DNA of 64,000 nt from the human T2T-CHM13v2.0 reference genome, Homo sapiens: NCBI RefSeq assembly GCF_009914755.1, contig NC_060946.1. One strand, given 5' to 3'. The notes under the pieces were generated by a model. The model did not search any database. It was not told where the DNA came from and saw nothing but the letters and a program-made list of their open reading frames with translations. Of this stretch, positions 16,131-30,490 are shown piece by piece. Position 1 is the stretch's first letter. Each line of letters begins with the position of its first letter. Made by a program: the position numbers and the translations under genes.

Positions 16131-17669
16131 TTTTGTATATTTTTCCTCCACTGCCCTTTCCTCTGCTTCTAGGCTTACCTAGACCACCACCATTCTTTCC
16201 CCCTTTCTAAAGTAAAAGTTGTTTTTTTCTCACTAAATGCATGGTATTCTGCCCATTTTCCATGGCTTCCCTCAGCCCTGCTCTGTTTATTCTTGCTATC
16301 TTAAGAGGAAATCCCTGCCTCTTTCATGGCTTTTCCCACTTGGTCTACTTACTGGTTTCTGTTGTTCTCAGAGACACACTGAGACCTTTCACATCTCACT
16401 GTCACTTCTTGGAAGGGCTCTCTACCTCGTCTGCCTGCTGAGCAACCTCTTGGAGTGACGCGGGCACTCTTGAGTCACTGAACTTGAGCTATTTGGTGTT
16501 AGTATGTTAATTTATCTTCTTAGACCACTTACCACTTCCTTAACTTCAAAAGAAAAGAATAAGTATTATTTTCCATGGTTGATATGAAGAGTAGAAATAA
16601 CTTATACAAAATACATTGCAGTTAAGTGATAATAAATGGCTGTGAATGTCCTTATTAATGTTATTCTATCAGTCTCAGCTCAGATACCATCTGCTCTGTG
16701 AGCTCTGCTCTGAATCATATCTGCTTCTTCTCTGGGTTCCTTGTGCTCTGTTCTTAACTACTTTAAAGCAGTAATTGTTCTGATTCTAATTAGTGATGCT
16801 TCCCAATAAAATTTTAATTTTGTAGATCTCTTCCCCCTACCCCTGCCCCAGCCTAACCAGTGTTTTCTTACTTTTTTGTGTACAGGCTACATCACTGGTC
16901 TTCTTTTATTTGTGGCTAAATAAATGTTGTGTTAGAAGAGTAAAGAGTTCCCAGTTACATGGGATCTATAGTTCTACAAAATGAATGTATACATAATCCA
17001 TGTAAATACTTCACTTATTTTAAAACAATTTTTTAATTTTTAAATTAAATTTAATTTGTGCATGTGTGTGAGACCAGAGTGAGAACAGAGATGGCGGTGG
17101 TGAGGGGCAGTGGTCTCACCATGTTGCCCAGGCTAGTCTTGAACTCCCCTTCAAGTGCCACCCTCCTCACCTGGCCCCCCTCACCTTGCCTCCTCCCCTC
17201 TCACTCCTATGCCAACTCCTGCCATTCCCTACCCCCTCTGTAGACTGCAAGACTCATCAAGTGACTTGCTGAGCAAACTCTGCTGAGAAGAGATCTGTTT
17301 AGGGACACAGGAGGCCAAGTACACAAAAAAGCAAAAGAACTAGCATGCCTTTTTCAATGGATGTCTATTTTACAGGGCTGGCTTCAGATTATTATAGCTT
17401 TAAATAAAAGGACCGTTTTGTCATCTCGGCCCATGGCCTACATTATTTCTTTACTGTCCATTGCCCTGGGCACTTGACTAATAATTTAACAGCAGTTTTT
17501 TTTTTTTTTTTAAATCATGATTCATTGCATTGCTGTAAGAGTAATTAGAGGTAAAGTAGGGCTTGAAACTGCCTGTAGTTGGTTACTTACTGAGATCTTA
17601 GCATCATTGTCAGGTGAGAGGGTGAAGTTTTAATTAGCGCTAAGTGGGATAGAAATTCAATGCACTGAA

Positions 17670-17982
17670 ACTGCAGTGTCCAATTCAGTAGGTGCTAGTC
17701 ACCTGTAACTGTTGAGCACTTGTAATCCTGGCTAGTCCTAATTGAGATGTGTTGTGTTAAATACACTGGATTTTGTCGTTGGAGTGGGAAGAACAGTGTA
17801 GAATATCTGCTTGATTTTTTTTATATTTATTACATGTTAAAATTATTACTATGATTACTATTTGGGACATACTGAGTTAAGTATATTTAAAATTAATTTC
17901 ACCTTTTCTTTTAATGGGGCTTACTAGTACATTTAAAATTACATACGTGGCTCACATATTTATTGGACAGCACAGCTCTAGA
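17670..17982. mobile_element. MER3/MER33-like hAT-Charlie DNA transposon relic
   Basis: Ends gtgtccaat... and ...ttaaaattacatacgtggctcacatatttattggacagcac. Confidence 0.6.
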
Positions 17983-20339
17983 AGTTTAGGAAGAAATAAG
18001 AAAAATATTGAGAATAGGTAGCGACAGTAGGAAGTTTGACCTCCTGTAAGACTGATTCCAATAAAACTAATAGGTGATAGTTTTAATTGGCTTTTTCCTA
18101 CTAGAAGAAGTAAGTGTACTTTACATGCCTCTTTGTTCTCCCTCTTTCCCCTTCAATTTAGTGGTTAGCGTGTATTTACTACATCAGGCTTAATATTCAC
18201 TAAACAGTGTTAGGAAGACTTAGGTAAATGATTCCCTGATGAACACACTTGATATTCAAAGCACTTTCCTAACCCATTTTTAATTGGAATAGAGTCAAAT
18301 GTAGATGGCTTATTAGTAGTCATCTCATTTAAATCTCATGGAATTTTCCTACTAAATCTCAAAGTAAACAATTTGTTATAGGCTGTTTTGTCAAGTTTAT
18401 GGAAGGGACAGCATAGGACATGTGGTACTTCATTTCCAAATTGCTTGAGATGGTTTTCATTATAATCATACATTATTTGCTTCTGGTTTTCCAGAAAAGC
18501 CAGCTAAACCTGTGGTTCATTTAGATATAAATGAAATATCCACAAAGGATTGCTCAAAGTGACTTATGCAACTTGAATATATATTTTTTCTGTAGGGTGT
18601 TTATTCCAAATTATCTGGCCATTTGCTGCAATTTGCAGTTTTTTAGAAAACACCAAATATTTCTCAAGTTAGAGATGTTTTAATAAAAACAGTCATATTG
18701 TACTGGCAGCAGACAAATAAAATGGCCCTTTATTTCACAGTTGAGAATTTGAAATTGGAAGGTAATTAACATATGTAAGGATGATGTATTTGCTGCCTGG
18801 CTTATAGGAATGAGCCAAGTTGTTTTTTGAGGTATGTTGTTGCTGTGTATGTCCCACCTATTTTGCTTCCTTAATGAACAATGCAAGTTTGAGACAGAAA
18901 TATTTGAGAACATTTTTATCAGTTGTGACATTTTGATAGTGAACATTTTATATCTTCTGTCAACTTAAAATGTTTGCATCTTCTGTCAGCTTAAAATGTT
19001 TAATTTGTTATAGCCAAATAATTTGGCTATAATTGATAATTTAATTTATCAAATTAAATTGCTTTTTTTCCCTTTAGACTTTCTTCAGTCACATCTGAAT
19101 AAATCCCTTAGAAGTAAGCTAGATGTAATATAATGAAATGCTTAAAAGGGCTGTGTATCTTCATATTACACTTACAGTGATTTTCTCTTGTGCCCATTAT
19201 ATTCTACCTGCAGCTAGTTGAGGTAAAGAGAGGGCATTTAACTGTCAAGGGAACCTGTGAGGAGACTGTAGAAATCTGGAAAGTCTCTTGAGTCTTTGAG
19301 GGATTTTGGGATGCAGAGAGTGGGGCTGGGATCTCTGGCTAGGTTGGAGCCAGCCTGCATTTGTATCTTTATCTTGGAAGCAAACTTAGAATGCAGAGAT
19401 AGATGTGGCCTGGATGCTGCTAACTCTAGCCAACCACTAAATCTTAAGGTGGGAGAGATGCAGCCTTTGGCTGGGTGCTAAGCTGCTGTAGCTGGTTGAA
19501 TGTAGAGGTCACTATCTTTTCTGAATATTTGTAAGTAAATTAAATCATTCTTTACTCCTGTATGCCTGCCAACCAAATGGGAAATCGCTATAGAAAAGAT
19601 GGTTTAAATTTTAGTCTTTGAAGTGGTTTATGCACGTTTCTGGAATCAAGATTTAACACGGACTTGGATTGGATATTGAATATTTTTGATTTGTCTACTT
19701 TTCTCTCCATAGGGAGCTTATAGCTTCATTGCACTGTGTGTGGCATTTGGGTCCTGTTTGACAGCAATGACTGCCTTTCTGTTTAGTGTCTGTGTGCTAT
19801 GAAGATTGCACACAGGGGTCCAGATGCATCCTGTTTTGAGAATGTTAATGGATACACCAGCTGCTGCTTTGGATTTCACCCATTGGTGGTAGTGGACCCG
19901 CTGTTTGGAATGCAGACAATTTAAGTGAAGACATATCCATATATGTGGCTCTGTTACAATGGTGAAATCTACAACCATAAGAAGGTAGGGGAAAAGAAGC
20001 CAGATGTGTGGATGTGATTAAACTTCAGAGCTTGTTGGTTACGATGAGATTATATATTCTGTATCATGCTTTTTACTTTGCAAAGCATTCTATGTTATCT
20101 CATTTGCTCTAAGTATGTAGATAGGGAACTGATGAATAAAATGGTGAGTGAAATCACTTGGTCACAAAAAAGTGATAAAAATGGGGATTACACAGTTTCT
20201 TTGACTCTTAGAATTTTTTCTCCTTCTCCCCAGCTTTTTGTTTTGAAAAAAATTCTAACATACAGAAAAGAACAGAATAGTGAGCACCTAGATTGAATAA
20301 TCATTAATGTTTTGCCATATTTGCTTGATTTTTCTTTCT

Positions 20340-20380
20340 ACACACACACACATACACACACACATACACACACACACACA
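20340..20380. repeat. (CA)n microsatellite, interrupted
   Basis: acacacacacacatacacacacacatacacacacacacaca. Confidence 0.9.
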
Positions 20381-20521
20381 GTTTTTTGCCAAATCATTTG
20401 AGAGTATGGTGCAGATTTTGTGACACTCCTAAATATATAAGCATTTATCTCCTAAGAATAAGGACATTTTTCTACATAACATCAATACCATTATTAAACC
20501 TAAGAATCCATAATATCACCT

Positions 20522-20828
20522 GGCTGGGTGCGGTGGCTCACGCCTGTAATCCCAGCACCTTGGGAGGCTGAGGTGGGTGGATCACGAGGTCAGGAGGTTG
20601 AAACCATGCTGGCTAGCACGGAGAAACCCCATCTCCACTAAAAATACAAAAATAAAAAAAATCAGCCAGGCGTGGTGGTGGGCACCTGTAGTCCCAGCTA
20701 CTCGGGAGGCTGAGGCAGGAGAATGGTGTGAACCTGGGAGGTGGAGCTTGCAGTGTGCTAAGCTTCAGCCACTGTACTCCAGCCTGGGAGACAGAGCAAG
20801 ACTCTGTCTCAAAAATGAAAAAAAAAAA
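20522..20828 (+). mobile_element. Full-length AluY/AluSc-like element
   Basis: ggctgggtgcggtggctcacgcctgtaatcccagcac...gatcacgaggtcaggag...polyA. Confidence 0.92.
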
Positions 20829-20872
20829 TCATAATGCCACCTAATATCCAGTTAATACTTAAATTTCGCTAA

Positions 20873-21140
<268 letters not shown>

Positions 21141-23809
21141 CAAGAATATCTTTATAGCTGGTATTTGTTTGTTTAGAGCCAGATTTCATTCAAGATTCAT
21201 GCATTTGGTTGTGATGTTTCTTGGTATTTTTTCTGAGACTTCTTGATAGATACCTGTCAGGCACTGATAGAGAGTTATATCCTAACCATGTTTTGGACAT
21301 TTTTATCTCTGAATAATAGCTTTTGTCATTGTTTGTTGCCTGCTCACGGGAACACTCTTAATAATAGTCTTCTTGTTCAAAAAGTTTTAAAATAGTTATT
21401 CAAGAAATTCCTTTCACACATTTCTTTATTCCTTTATTAAGGACCTAATATGCACCAGATATCATTTTTCTAGGTGATTGTAGATGAAATGGTGAAAAGG
21501 AAAGGCAAGAATGGAATTTCCTGCTAGTGGGAAGTAGAAGAGAGTATTAAAACTTTTTTCTTTCTAAGTCAAATCAGTGTCATATGCATGAGAAAGCTAG
21601 GTAGTATGATGGCATTATCAGCTTGGCTTTCTCCTTAAATGAAATAGGAAGTGCTCTGTTTTACTCAGATAGTGTTTTTTTTTCTAAAAAGCTAAAATAA
21701 GTTAAATATTTTGAAATTAATTAATTTCTGTTCTAAATTAGTCAAAAGTTATATTTGTAAAACTAGAGAAGTTTGTTCCATTGCTTCTACCAAGCATCTC
21801 AGCTTATGTAGTTGGGGCAGCTAGAAATCTAATGAACAGAATGCATATTTTAGGCTTATATAAAGTATTCTGCAACATAAGGTCAAAAATACCCCCTACC
21901 CCCTTTTTGATAAAAATAAAGCTTACTACTAATAATAAAATACAGCCAGAGGTGTGCTGGGAGTGGAGGGGGACTGAGTTAAAGAAAGTAGGAATGGGGT
22001 AAAGGCTGGGACAAAGAGCAGACTCTCTCCCTGCAGGGGAGTATCAGGGGTCTGCAGCCAAGTTAAATGACAGCATGACTTCAGGAGGCCAGATTTGAGG
22101 GCTTTTATCTAAGATGCAGCATCGGAGTTTGGTTTAAGAGAGTAGGAAGTGATACATCTGTTACCCAAAGGACACTTCTCTTTTTAGAATAAATTACCTG
22201 CAGAGTTTAGGCCAAAGAGGTGGGCAAGGTAGATTTGGGAAACTGTTGCTTGCTAATATCACCAAACGCTTTCTTTTTATACTTGGTGGAGGCTTTAATT
22301 GGGGCAAGGACATTTTTATACAAAGATAGAGAAAACAATCACCTATGGAATTTGATTCCTTGCTCCATGCCCTCGCTAGCACCTCTCAACATGCTTGATG
22401 ATATTTAAAATTTCTTCCTAGGGAAAAAACTTTTCATCCCACAATTAGAATCAGGCTTAACTTGCTTTTTGAAAAGGTAGTAGGCAATTTGTGTTAAGAT
22501 CTAAATTACCAAGATTTTTATATCTTGAAACAGATTTAGATGATAGAGTGAGGTCGGTGGTGGTGGTGGTTGGTGGGAAGGGGTAGTTTTTTAGAGAGGG
22601 TATTAAGAGTTGGGGTTTTCAATGTGAGAGAGGTGAAGGTTTGAAAATAAGTAAGAAAAGCACTAAAAGGGTGAAGTCAAGGGCCTCAGAGAGCCAGGAT
22701 GATAGATTCTATTTCACAGTTTAACACAGGATCACCATAGACCAAAGCAAGTTTATAACTAAGGCAATGAAGATCATCTGTCTCCTCCCTTCCCCATTAA
22801 TTGTGAACTTTAGTTTTATAAGCTCCTAAGAGGCAGAAAACAAATTGGAGACTCGTCATCTATTTGGGAGTGTATGGCATGTATTTATTGTCCTAGGTGC
22901 TGGGTTTATTTTTTTCAGCTAATGACAGTTTTCCATGCTTTATGGTAAGTGACCATAAAGTAAGTGGTAAGTGACTTACCCTTCAGGCAGTTCAGCCCAG
23001 GACAGTCAGCAGAAGACTGTTTCCAGACCCCACCTGCTAGTTACAGATCATCCCTGATAGAGCAGAGAGGGGTGACCAGGTAGTGACTTTATAGTCACTG
23101 GAGGCAAAGCCCATTTTTGGACAGTTCATTGAGGGCTTACAGATAAAAGGTTCACAAATTATGCAGTGAGCTGGATGGAGTGTGAAGCGTATTTATGGGT
23201 CGTGCACATACATAATAGGTTTACTTTTTGAGATTTCAAAACATGTTTTAAACTTAACCTAGGATTCCCACCTGATTTAAACCTCTTATTTCTCTAATGT
23301 CAGCCAAAAATGTGAGTATGACATACAAAGAGAAATACATCAAGGACTTTTCATCCTCATAGTTTGCCAGTGATGCTGGAGAGTGTCAGAATTGGTGAGT
23401 AGCCTAATCAAACTTTCTTGCTCTGCATGCAGTGGCAGACAGTCCCTTTGCTGTTCCTTTGGGGCATGCAGACTAATAAAGTGCCACCATCATTTTATCT
23501 CTCAGTGAGCAGTAGTTTTAATGCTACTGCAGTGGTGGGAGCACTGGGCGTTGTCGTCCTCACCTGAGGACAAGCAGCTTTGTTTTGGATCATGTATCTG
23601 TTATTGTGATGGAGCCATTTATTTTTCAGGGAATGACGCCAAATGATGTTTGTCCCTTTGCTTTACATTTTTATAGCTAGGTCTTTGAAGCTGAACTGGA
23701 GGAACTTCTTAGCCAATACTGTCTTCTTAAACCAAAAGTTGACAGTTGCAGAAGACACGTTTTTTAGTGTCACGGCAACCAAGCAACATATTACCTTAAA
23801 TTAAATTTA

Positions 23810-25082
23810 CAGGTTGAGCATCCCTAATCTGAAAATCTGAAATTTGAAATGCTTCAAAATCTGAAACTTTTTGAGCACTGACATGACACCACATGTGGAT
23901 TTTGATGTCCTAGTCAAAGTGCAGGTGAACAACACACAGTTTATTTGATGTTCTCTAATGAAAAAAGACCCTCTCAGCCCCCTTCAGCTGCAGTATAACT
24001 TTTCTACACATGCTCAGATTTCCCCATGCAAGCACACACACAAAGGGTCACAGAATGGCACATGTGCAAGCTGGACAAGCCAATGGCAGGATCCCCACAG
24101 ATGGGACCTAAGTGCATGACTCGTTGTGTATTTTTCTTATTCTCTGCTCTGTGGTGTTAGCATACTGAAAATGTCAATAAGGCCTGTAGATATCCCTGCG
24201 AGCAGCAATGATAAGGAAAAGTAGAAACACTTAGAACACAGAAAGTCAAGCTGTTGGAGAAATTGGACTGTAGTGTAAAGGTATAGATGACATGGTGAAA
24301 ATGTGTGATAGAGATATTGAAGATATTGAAGGACTAGAGCTACCTGCATTCATAACAGAACAAGAGGTCATGTCAGTTTATAAAATTAAAGAGAGACTTC
24401 CAAGACAAAAGCCCTTGATAATGAGGCAGATGACTCTGGAGAAACATTATAAAAAACCATCTGGCAGAATGCCTCCTCAGCCTCAGAGGACTCACCTCCT
24501 AGTTGCTCAACTCCTGATATTTCTTCTCACCTAAAAAAAGAAAAAAAATACAATGTACAGTAACCTTTTAATCAAAACGCAGCCTTGTAGGTGGAGCCTG
24601 AAAGCTTGCCATTGTTTATACAGCTGTTTAACAGCTGATGCAGGTATTCTGGTGATGCTACTGTGTTGCTTATTATTTTTTACTGTATTAATGGCATGTC
24701 ATATTTTTACTTATGTGTGAATAATTGTGTGAAAATGATTGCTCATCAGTAGCATATAAATTCAGAGTCAGAAATGATGGTCAGTGATGTCAGACAGCCA
24801 CAGATTTTCCACATGGAAGCTGAGATAGTGACACCTTTGCTTTCTGATGGTTCCATGTACACAAACTTTGTTTCATTCACAAAATTATTTGAAATATTAT
24901 ATAAAATTACCTGTAGGCTATGTGTATAAGATATATGAAACATAAGTGAATTTCACATTTAGACTTGGGTCTCATCGCCAAGATATCTCACGTAGATGCA
25001 AATATTATAAAATCCAAAAAAAAATTCCGAAACCCTAAACACTTCTGGTTCCAAACATTTCAGATAAGGGATACTCAATCTG
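23810..25082 (+). mobile_element. Tigger4 (Zombi)/MER46-family TcMar DNA transposon, internally deleted
   Basis: TIRs caggttgagcatccctaatctgaaa and tttcagataagggatactcaatctg; TA on the left (23808-09). Transposase-like remnants QKVKLLEKLD (~24240) and ITEQEVMSVYKIKERLPRQKPLIMRQMTL (ORF 24292-24534). Confidence 0.8.
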
Positions 25083-25584
25083 CATATATAAAATATTTAT
25101 GTATCACATACATAGTATGTATAAAATATGAATTTCCATTCCTCTACAGGTTACTATTCTGGTACATTCCCGTTATATTCTGTTTATCAGACTGCAACTA
25201 AAACTTTCATGGGTTCAGCTTTATGTTGAACAGAATTTGCAGAATTATGAGTTGAAGCAAACCCTAGGTTGATAATGCTATGATTCTCCTAAATCACCAA
25301 AGTGCATGAAATGATTTTAAAGCTCCAGAAATACTGAAGCAACTTTGTGATAAAAATTATTAGTGGATGCACAAGGAGTCTATAATGTCTTGGTTTTGCT
25401 ATTGCTTACTAAGGTGCAGCACCAGTTTGAATTTGAATACCAGACCAAAGTGGATGGTGAGATAATCCTTCATCTTTATGACAAAGGAGGAATTGAGCAA
25501 ACAATTTGTACGTTGGTTGGTGTGTTTGCATTTGTTTTACTGGATTCTGCCAATAAGAAAGTGTCCCTGGACAGAGATACATAA

Positions 25585-25707
<123 letters not shown>

Positions 25708-26009
25708 TAAATTATATCTGAAAATCTCTTAGCAATCCAGAATTTTACAAGTGACTAATTAAGTTGTGAGTTCTTACCTTTTTTAAAAAAACAGAGTAGT
25801 TTTACTCTCCTTTTCAGCACTTAAATTCTGTAATCCTTGAAGGATGGGTCTTTAGTGTAGTCATTTATTTTTGGTGTGCTAATATGCTCTGCATATAGCT
25901 TGATCGTAAGTGCAGTTTTAAGTTTTCCTGTGTCATACTGTAATGATAGGGTTGGCTCTGCAATTATTGCCCTGCAGTACTTTGCTGAAGTTATAGCACA
26001 GCAAATATT

Positions 26010-27680
26010 AGGATTTCTAAAACAGCTTTATTGGCAGTTTACATGCCATGTAATTCACCCACTCGAAGTATATAGTTCAGTGGTTTTCAGTATATTCACA
26101 GATGTTGGGAACCAACACTCCAATCAATTTTAGAATTGTTTTTCCACCTCAAAAAAAAATCCTATGCCCTTTAGCTTATTTTCTTTCTATTTATTTATTT
26201 ATTTATTTTAAGAGATGGGGTCTTGCTCAGTCGACCAGCCCAGGCTGGAGTACAGTGGTGTAATCATAGCTTAGTGCAGCCTTGAACTCCTGGGCTCAAG
26301 CAATCCTCCCATCTCAGCCTCCCTAGTAGCTAGGAGTACAGGCATGGACCACAACACCCTGCCTCCTGTGCCGTTTAGCTTTCAATTCTGTCTCTCCACA
26401 TACATCATCTGCACCCCCGCAGTTGTAGCACTGGCAATCACCAATCTTTCTGCCTCTGGATTCCCTATTGCGTGTGTTTCATATAAATGGGATTATCTAT
26501 CATATGGGCTTTTGTTACTGGATTCTTTCACTTGGCATAATACTTGCAAGGTTTGTCTATGCTGTGACATGTATCAGTACTTACTTTTTATGGCCACATG
26601 ATACTCTGTTACATGGATACACTGGATTTTGTTTATGCACTTGTCAGTTGATGGATATTTAGGACATTGTTTACCCCTTTTGGCTATTATGAATAATGCT
26701 GCTATAAACATTGGTGTATAAGTTTTTGTGTAGACATTTGTCTTCGGTGTTTATCTAGGAGCAGAATTGCTCAGATGCATATAACTGTCTAATTGAGGAA
26801 CTGCCAAACTACTTTTTGAAATGGCTGCATTATTTTTTATTCCCTCCAGCAGTGTATTAAAATTTCAGTTTCTCCACATCTTCACAAACACTTACTGTGT
26901 GACTTTTTAATTGTAGCTATTATAATGTATGTGAAATTGTATCTCCTTGTGGTTTTGATTTGTATTTTCCTATTGAAGGTAGTGTCTTTTCTCATGCTTA
27001 TTGGCCATGTGTATATCTTCTTTGGGGAAATATTTGTTGAGATCTTTTGTCATTTTTTTTTCCTGCTAGGGATCATTTTATTTTAAAAACAATAGACTTT
27101 TTTTTAGCAGTTTTAGAAAAAATAGAGAGAAAAGTGCAGAGAGTCCACATATGCTCCCTTACAGTGCCCCTGCCCAGTTCTCCCAACTCTTAACACCTTG
27201 CGCTACTGTGCTAAATCGATTAGATTTGATGAACTGATACTTATATCTGAAATTCATAGTTTACTTCAGGGTTCACTCTGTGTTTTATAGATTTTTGGAT
27301 TTGACAAATGTATAATGTCATGTACCCACCATTACAGTATTATGTAGAACAGTTTCATTGCCCTAAAAATCTCCTGTGCTCCACTGAGTCATTCCTCCCC
27401 CTCCTCTTCCTCCCAAACCCCCGGTCATTACTAATCTTTTTACTCTCTAATTTTGCCTCTCCCAGAATGTCATATAATAGATCATGTAGTATGTATCCTT
27501 TTCAGACTGGCTTCTTTCACCCAGCAGTATACATTTAGGGTTCTTCTGTGCTTTTTCATGGCTTGATAGCTCATTTTTTAAATTGCAGAATAATATTCCA
27601 TTTGTTTGCATGTATTGCAGTTTGTTTATCCATTCTTGAATTGTCTATCTCTAATTGGGTTGTTTTGTCTTTTTATTACA
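26010..27680 (-). mobile_element. Old L1M fragments, interrupted by an Alu monomer
   Basis: Antisense L1 3' region motifs (ttggctattatgaataatgctgctataaacatt; ttgtggttttgatttgtatttt). Confidence 0.7.
26185..26365 (-). mobile_element. AluJ/FRAM-like monomer
   Basis: (ttta)n tail, then gagatggggtcttgc...aactcctgggctcaagcaatcctccc. Confidence 0.8.
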
Positions 27681-27724
27681 GAATTGTAATTGTTCCTTAT
27701 GTACCCCAGACACAAATCCCTTGT

Positions 27725-28705
27725 GTTCATCAGGGTTGCAGGATACAAGATCAATATACAAAAATCAATAGTATTTGACACACTTTAACTGAGTACTACA
27801 TACTCACAATGAGCAATCAGAAAATGAAATTAAGAAAGCAACTTCATTTATCATAGCATCAACAAGAATAAAATACTGATATATTTAAGAAGTGTAAAAC
27901 TTGTACTCTGAAAACTATAGAACATTTTTGAAAGAAATGAAAGAAGATCTAAATAAATGTAAAAGTATCCCATGATCATGGACCTAAGGCTTAACATTGT
28001 TAAGAAGGCAATACTCCCTAAACTCATCTACAAATTTAACTTCATCCCTGTCAGAATCCCGGATGAGTTCTCTGTAAAATGGACAAGCTGACTCTGAAAT
28101 TCATATGGAATTACAAAGGACTAGGAATAGCCAAAATAATCTTTTGAAAATGAGAACAAAGTAGGAGAACTCATACTTACTGACTTTAAAACTTACTACA
28201 AGTCAGTGGTAATCAGGACAATATAATACTGGCAGAAGGATAGATGTATAGACCAGTGGGATAGAATTGAGAGTCAGATATGAACCCATACATATATAAC
28301 CACTGCTTTTGACAAGGGTGCCAAGATTATTCAGTGGGGAAAGAAGTTTGAGAACTGGCACAAGGACAACTAGATATGTAAACATATGCAAATCCTGGAA
28401 TAGGACCTTTACCCAACACCACATACAAAAACTATGGATGCAAAAAAAGTGGATCAAATGGATCCATTTTGAGCTAATCCACGTAAATGTAAGGACTAAA
28501 ACTATAAAATCCTGAGAAGCAAACATAGGAGTAAATTGTCATGACCTTGAATTTGGCAAAGTTTTCTTAAATATGAGACCAGCAACAAGAATAAAAATTG
28601 ATGAATTGGACTTCATCAAAATTAAACATTTTTGCACTTCAAAGGACACCGTCAAGAAAGTGAAAAGACAACTCACAAGATGGAAGAAAATACTTGTAAA
28701 TCATG
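27725..28705 (+). mobile_element. L1M ORF2 fragment (sense)
   Basis: gttgcaggatacaagatcaatatacaaaaatcaat...ttggacttcatcaaaattaaa is L1 ORF2 sequence. Confidence 0.8.
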
Positions 28706-28739
28706 TGTAGCACTTTTTGATGATAAACTTGAGGAAGAC

Positions 28740-29041
28740 TTTTTTATTTTTTATTTTTATTATACTTTAAGTTCTAGGGTACATGTGCACAATGTGCAGG
28801 TTTGTTACATATGTATACATGTGCCATGTTGGTGTGCCGCACCCACTATCTCATCATTTACATTAGGTATATCTCCTAATGCTATCCCTCCTCCCTCCCC
28901 CCACCCCACGACAGGCCCCGGTGTGTGATGTTCCCTATCCTGTGTCCGAGTGTTCTCATTGTTCAATTTCCACCTATGAGCGAGAACATGTGGTGTTTGG
29001 TTTTCTGTCCTTGCGATATTTTGCTCAGAATGATGGTTTCC
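28740..29041 (-). mobile_element. L1PA 3' end (~300 bp, younger primate L1)
   Basis: ttattatactttaagttctagggtacatgtgcacaatgtgcaggtttgttacatatgtatacatgtgccatg is the antisense L1PA 3' UTR. Confidence 0.92.
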
Positions 29042-30134
29042 ATATATATATATGTCAGTTGCCAGGACTGCTGGGCAAGCCTGGGAAAGAGAGTACCTGG
29101 GGAAAGCAGCCTCCTGCTCCCCCGTGCCTTCTTTGAGCCTGATGTTCATTTGATGTGGTACTATATAATCACATCCAGTTTACCCTTTGAAATTCCTTGA
29201 TTGTTCTTTTCTATTTCCTTGACACTGTCCTTTTACAGACCACATAATCTTATCTGGAATACTACAACAGTTTTCTTTTCTCAGTGATTTTAGAATAACC
29301 TGTCAAAAACTCATCTGACTATAGTAGTACCTGCTTACAACCTTTTAATTACTCCCCATTCCCTACCAGGCTGTGTAGCTCACTTGAGCTCTGCTAGGTG
29401 GTGAGGGAATCTGGGTCCTTTTTCTGGTATTTGAATTCAGTGCTACATAGGTTACTGGCTGGGTTGACAATCTGAAATTGTAAATCATGAGTATTCTATG
29501 TAGATAGACTGTCACGATTTACAATAAAACATTGACATGTCAAAGATCATGGTGATGTGAGGTTGGGTACTGTCTGTGAGAATTAATTGAGGAAATTAAA
29601 ATTATATGGTTTTATTTACATAGAGTGTATAACAACTAGTTAAGGGATAGATGTCTTCTTATCTGACTTTCAAGTATCTAAGAGTGGATTATTGTGCTTG
29701 TTAAAGTTCTGGGAACCATGGCTATTTTCTGAAAATACCTCAGTGATGACAAATGAATGACTACCAGCCTCTTGTAACATTAGGACTCCAGTTCATCCCT
29801 TTGCTTCATAGGTGTGTCTTTTCCTTTTGTATATATTTGCTTTAGTGTAGAAAATAGGTTTTCTTGATTAGAAATCTAAGAAGAATAAATTGAAAACTGG
29901 AGATTTTTCTATTGCTTTGGATTACCAAAATTAATGTAATTTGGCACTATATCCCTGTGCCATTATTGTCTCTCTGGTAAGTAGATGGTAGGGTTTTGGG
30001 TGATTAAATTTTTTTCCCTATTTTGCTTATTTAATGGGCATATGTTTGTATTAAAAAGGGGAAAATAAATAGGAATGTAGAAGATGTTAACTAATCGTGA
30101 AAGTTATTGGGAAGGGTTACCTAATTTAAAAGTT

Positions 30135-30290
30135 GGCCAGCCATGGCAGAACTGCCTGTAGTCCCAGCTGTGGGGGAGGCTGAGGCAAGAGGATGGCTTG
30201 AGTTCAGGGGATAGAGGTTACAGTGAGCTATGATTGTGCCACTGCATTTCAGCCTGAGGGACAGAGCCAGACCCTGTCTCAGAAAAACCT
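30135..30290 (+). mobile_element. Alu monomer (FRAM/AluJ-like) at the edge of the GC-rich block
   Basis: gcctgtagtcccagct...gaggttacagtgagctatgattgtgccactgcatttcagcctg...gaccctgtctc. Confidence 0.8.
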
Positions 30291-30344
30291 AGAACAGCAA
30301 CAAACAGAGAGAGGAGCCTGGACGGATTGAGCAATATTAGTGTC

Positions 30345-30490
30345 CGGGAGCTGCTGTAGTGATGGCTTATGACATCACGAATTTATTCTCTCACAGTTCT
30401 GGAGGCCACAAGTCCAAAATCAAGGTGTGGGCAGAAATGCGCTCCCTCTGCAGACTCCTGGGGAGGATGCTTGTTTCTTCCAGCTCTGCG
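30345..30490. mobile_element. MLT1 (MaLR) LTR fragment
   Basis: atttattctctcacagttctggaggccacaagtccaaaatcaaggtgt. Confidence 0.7.
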
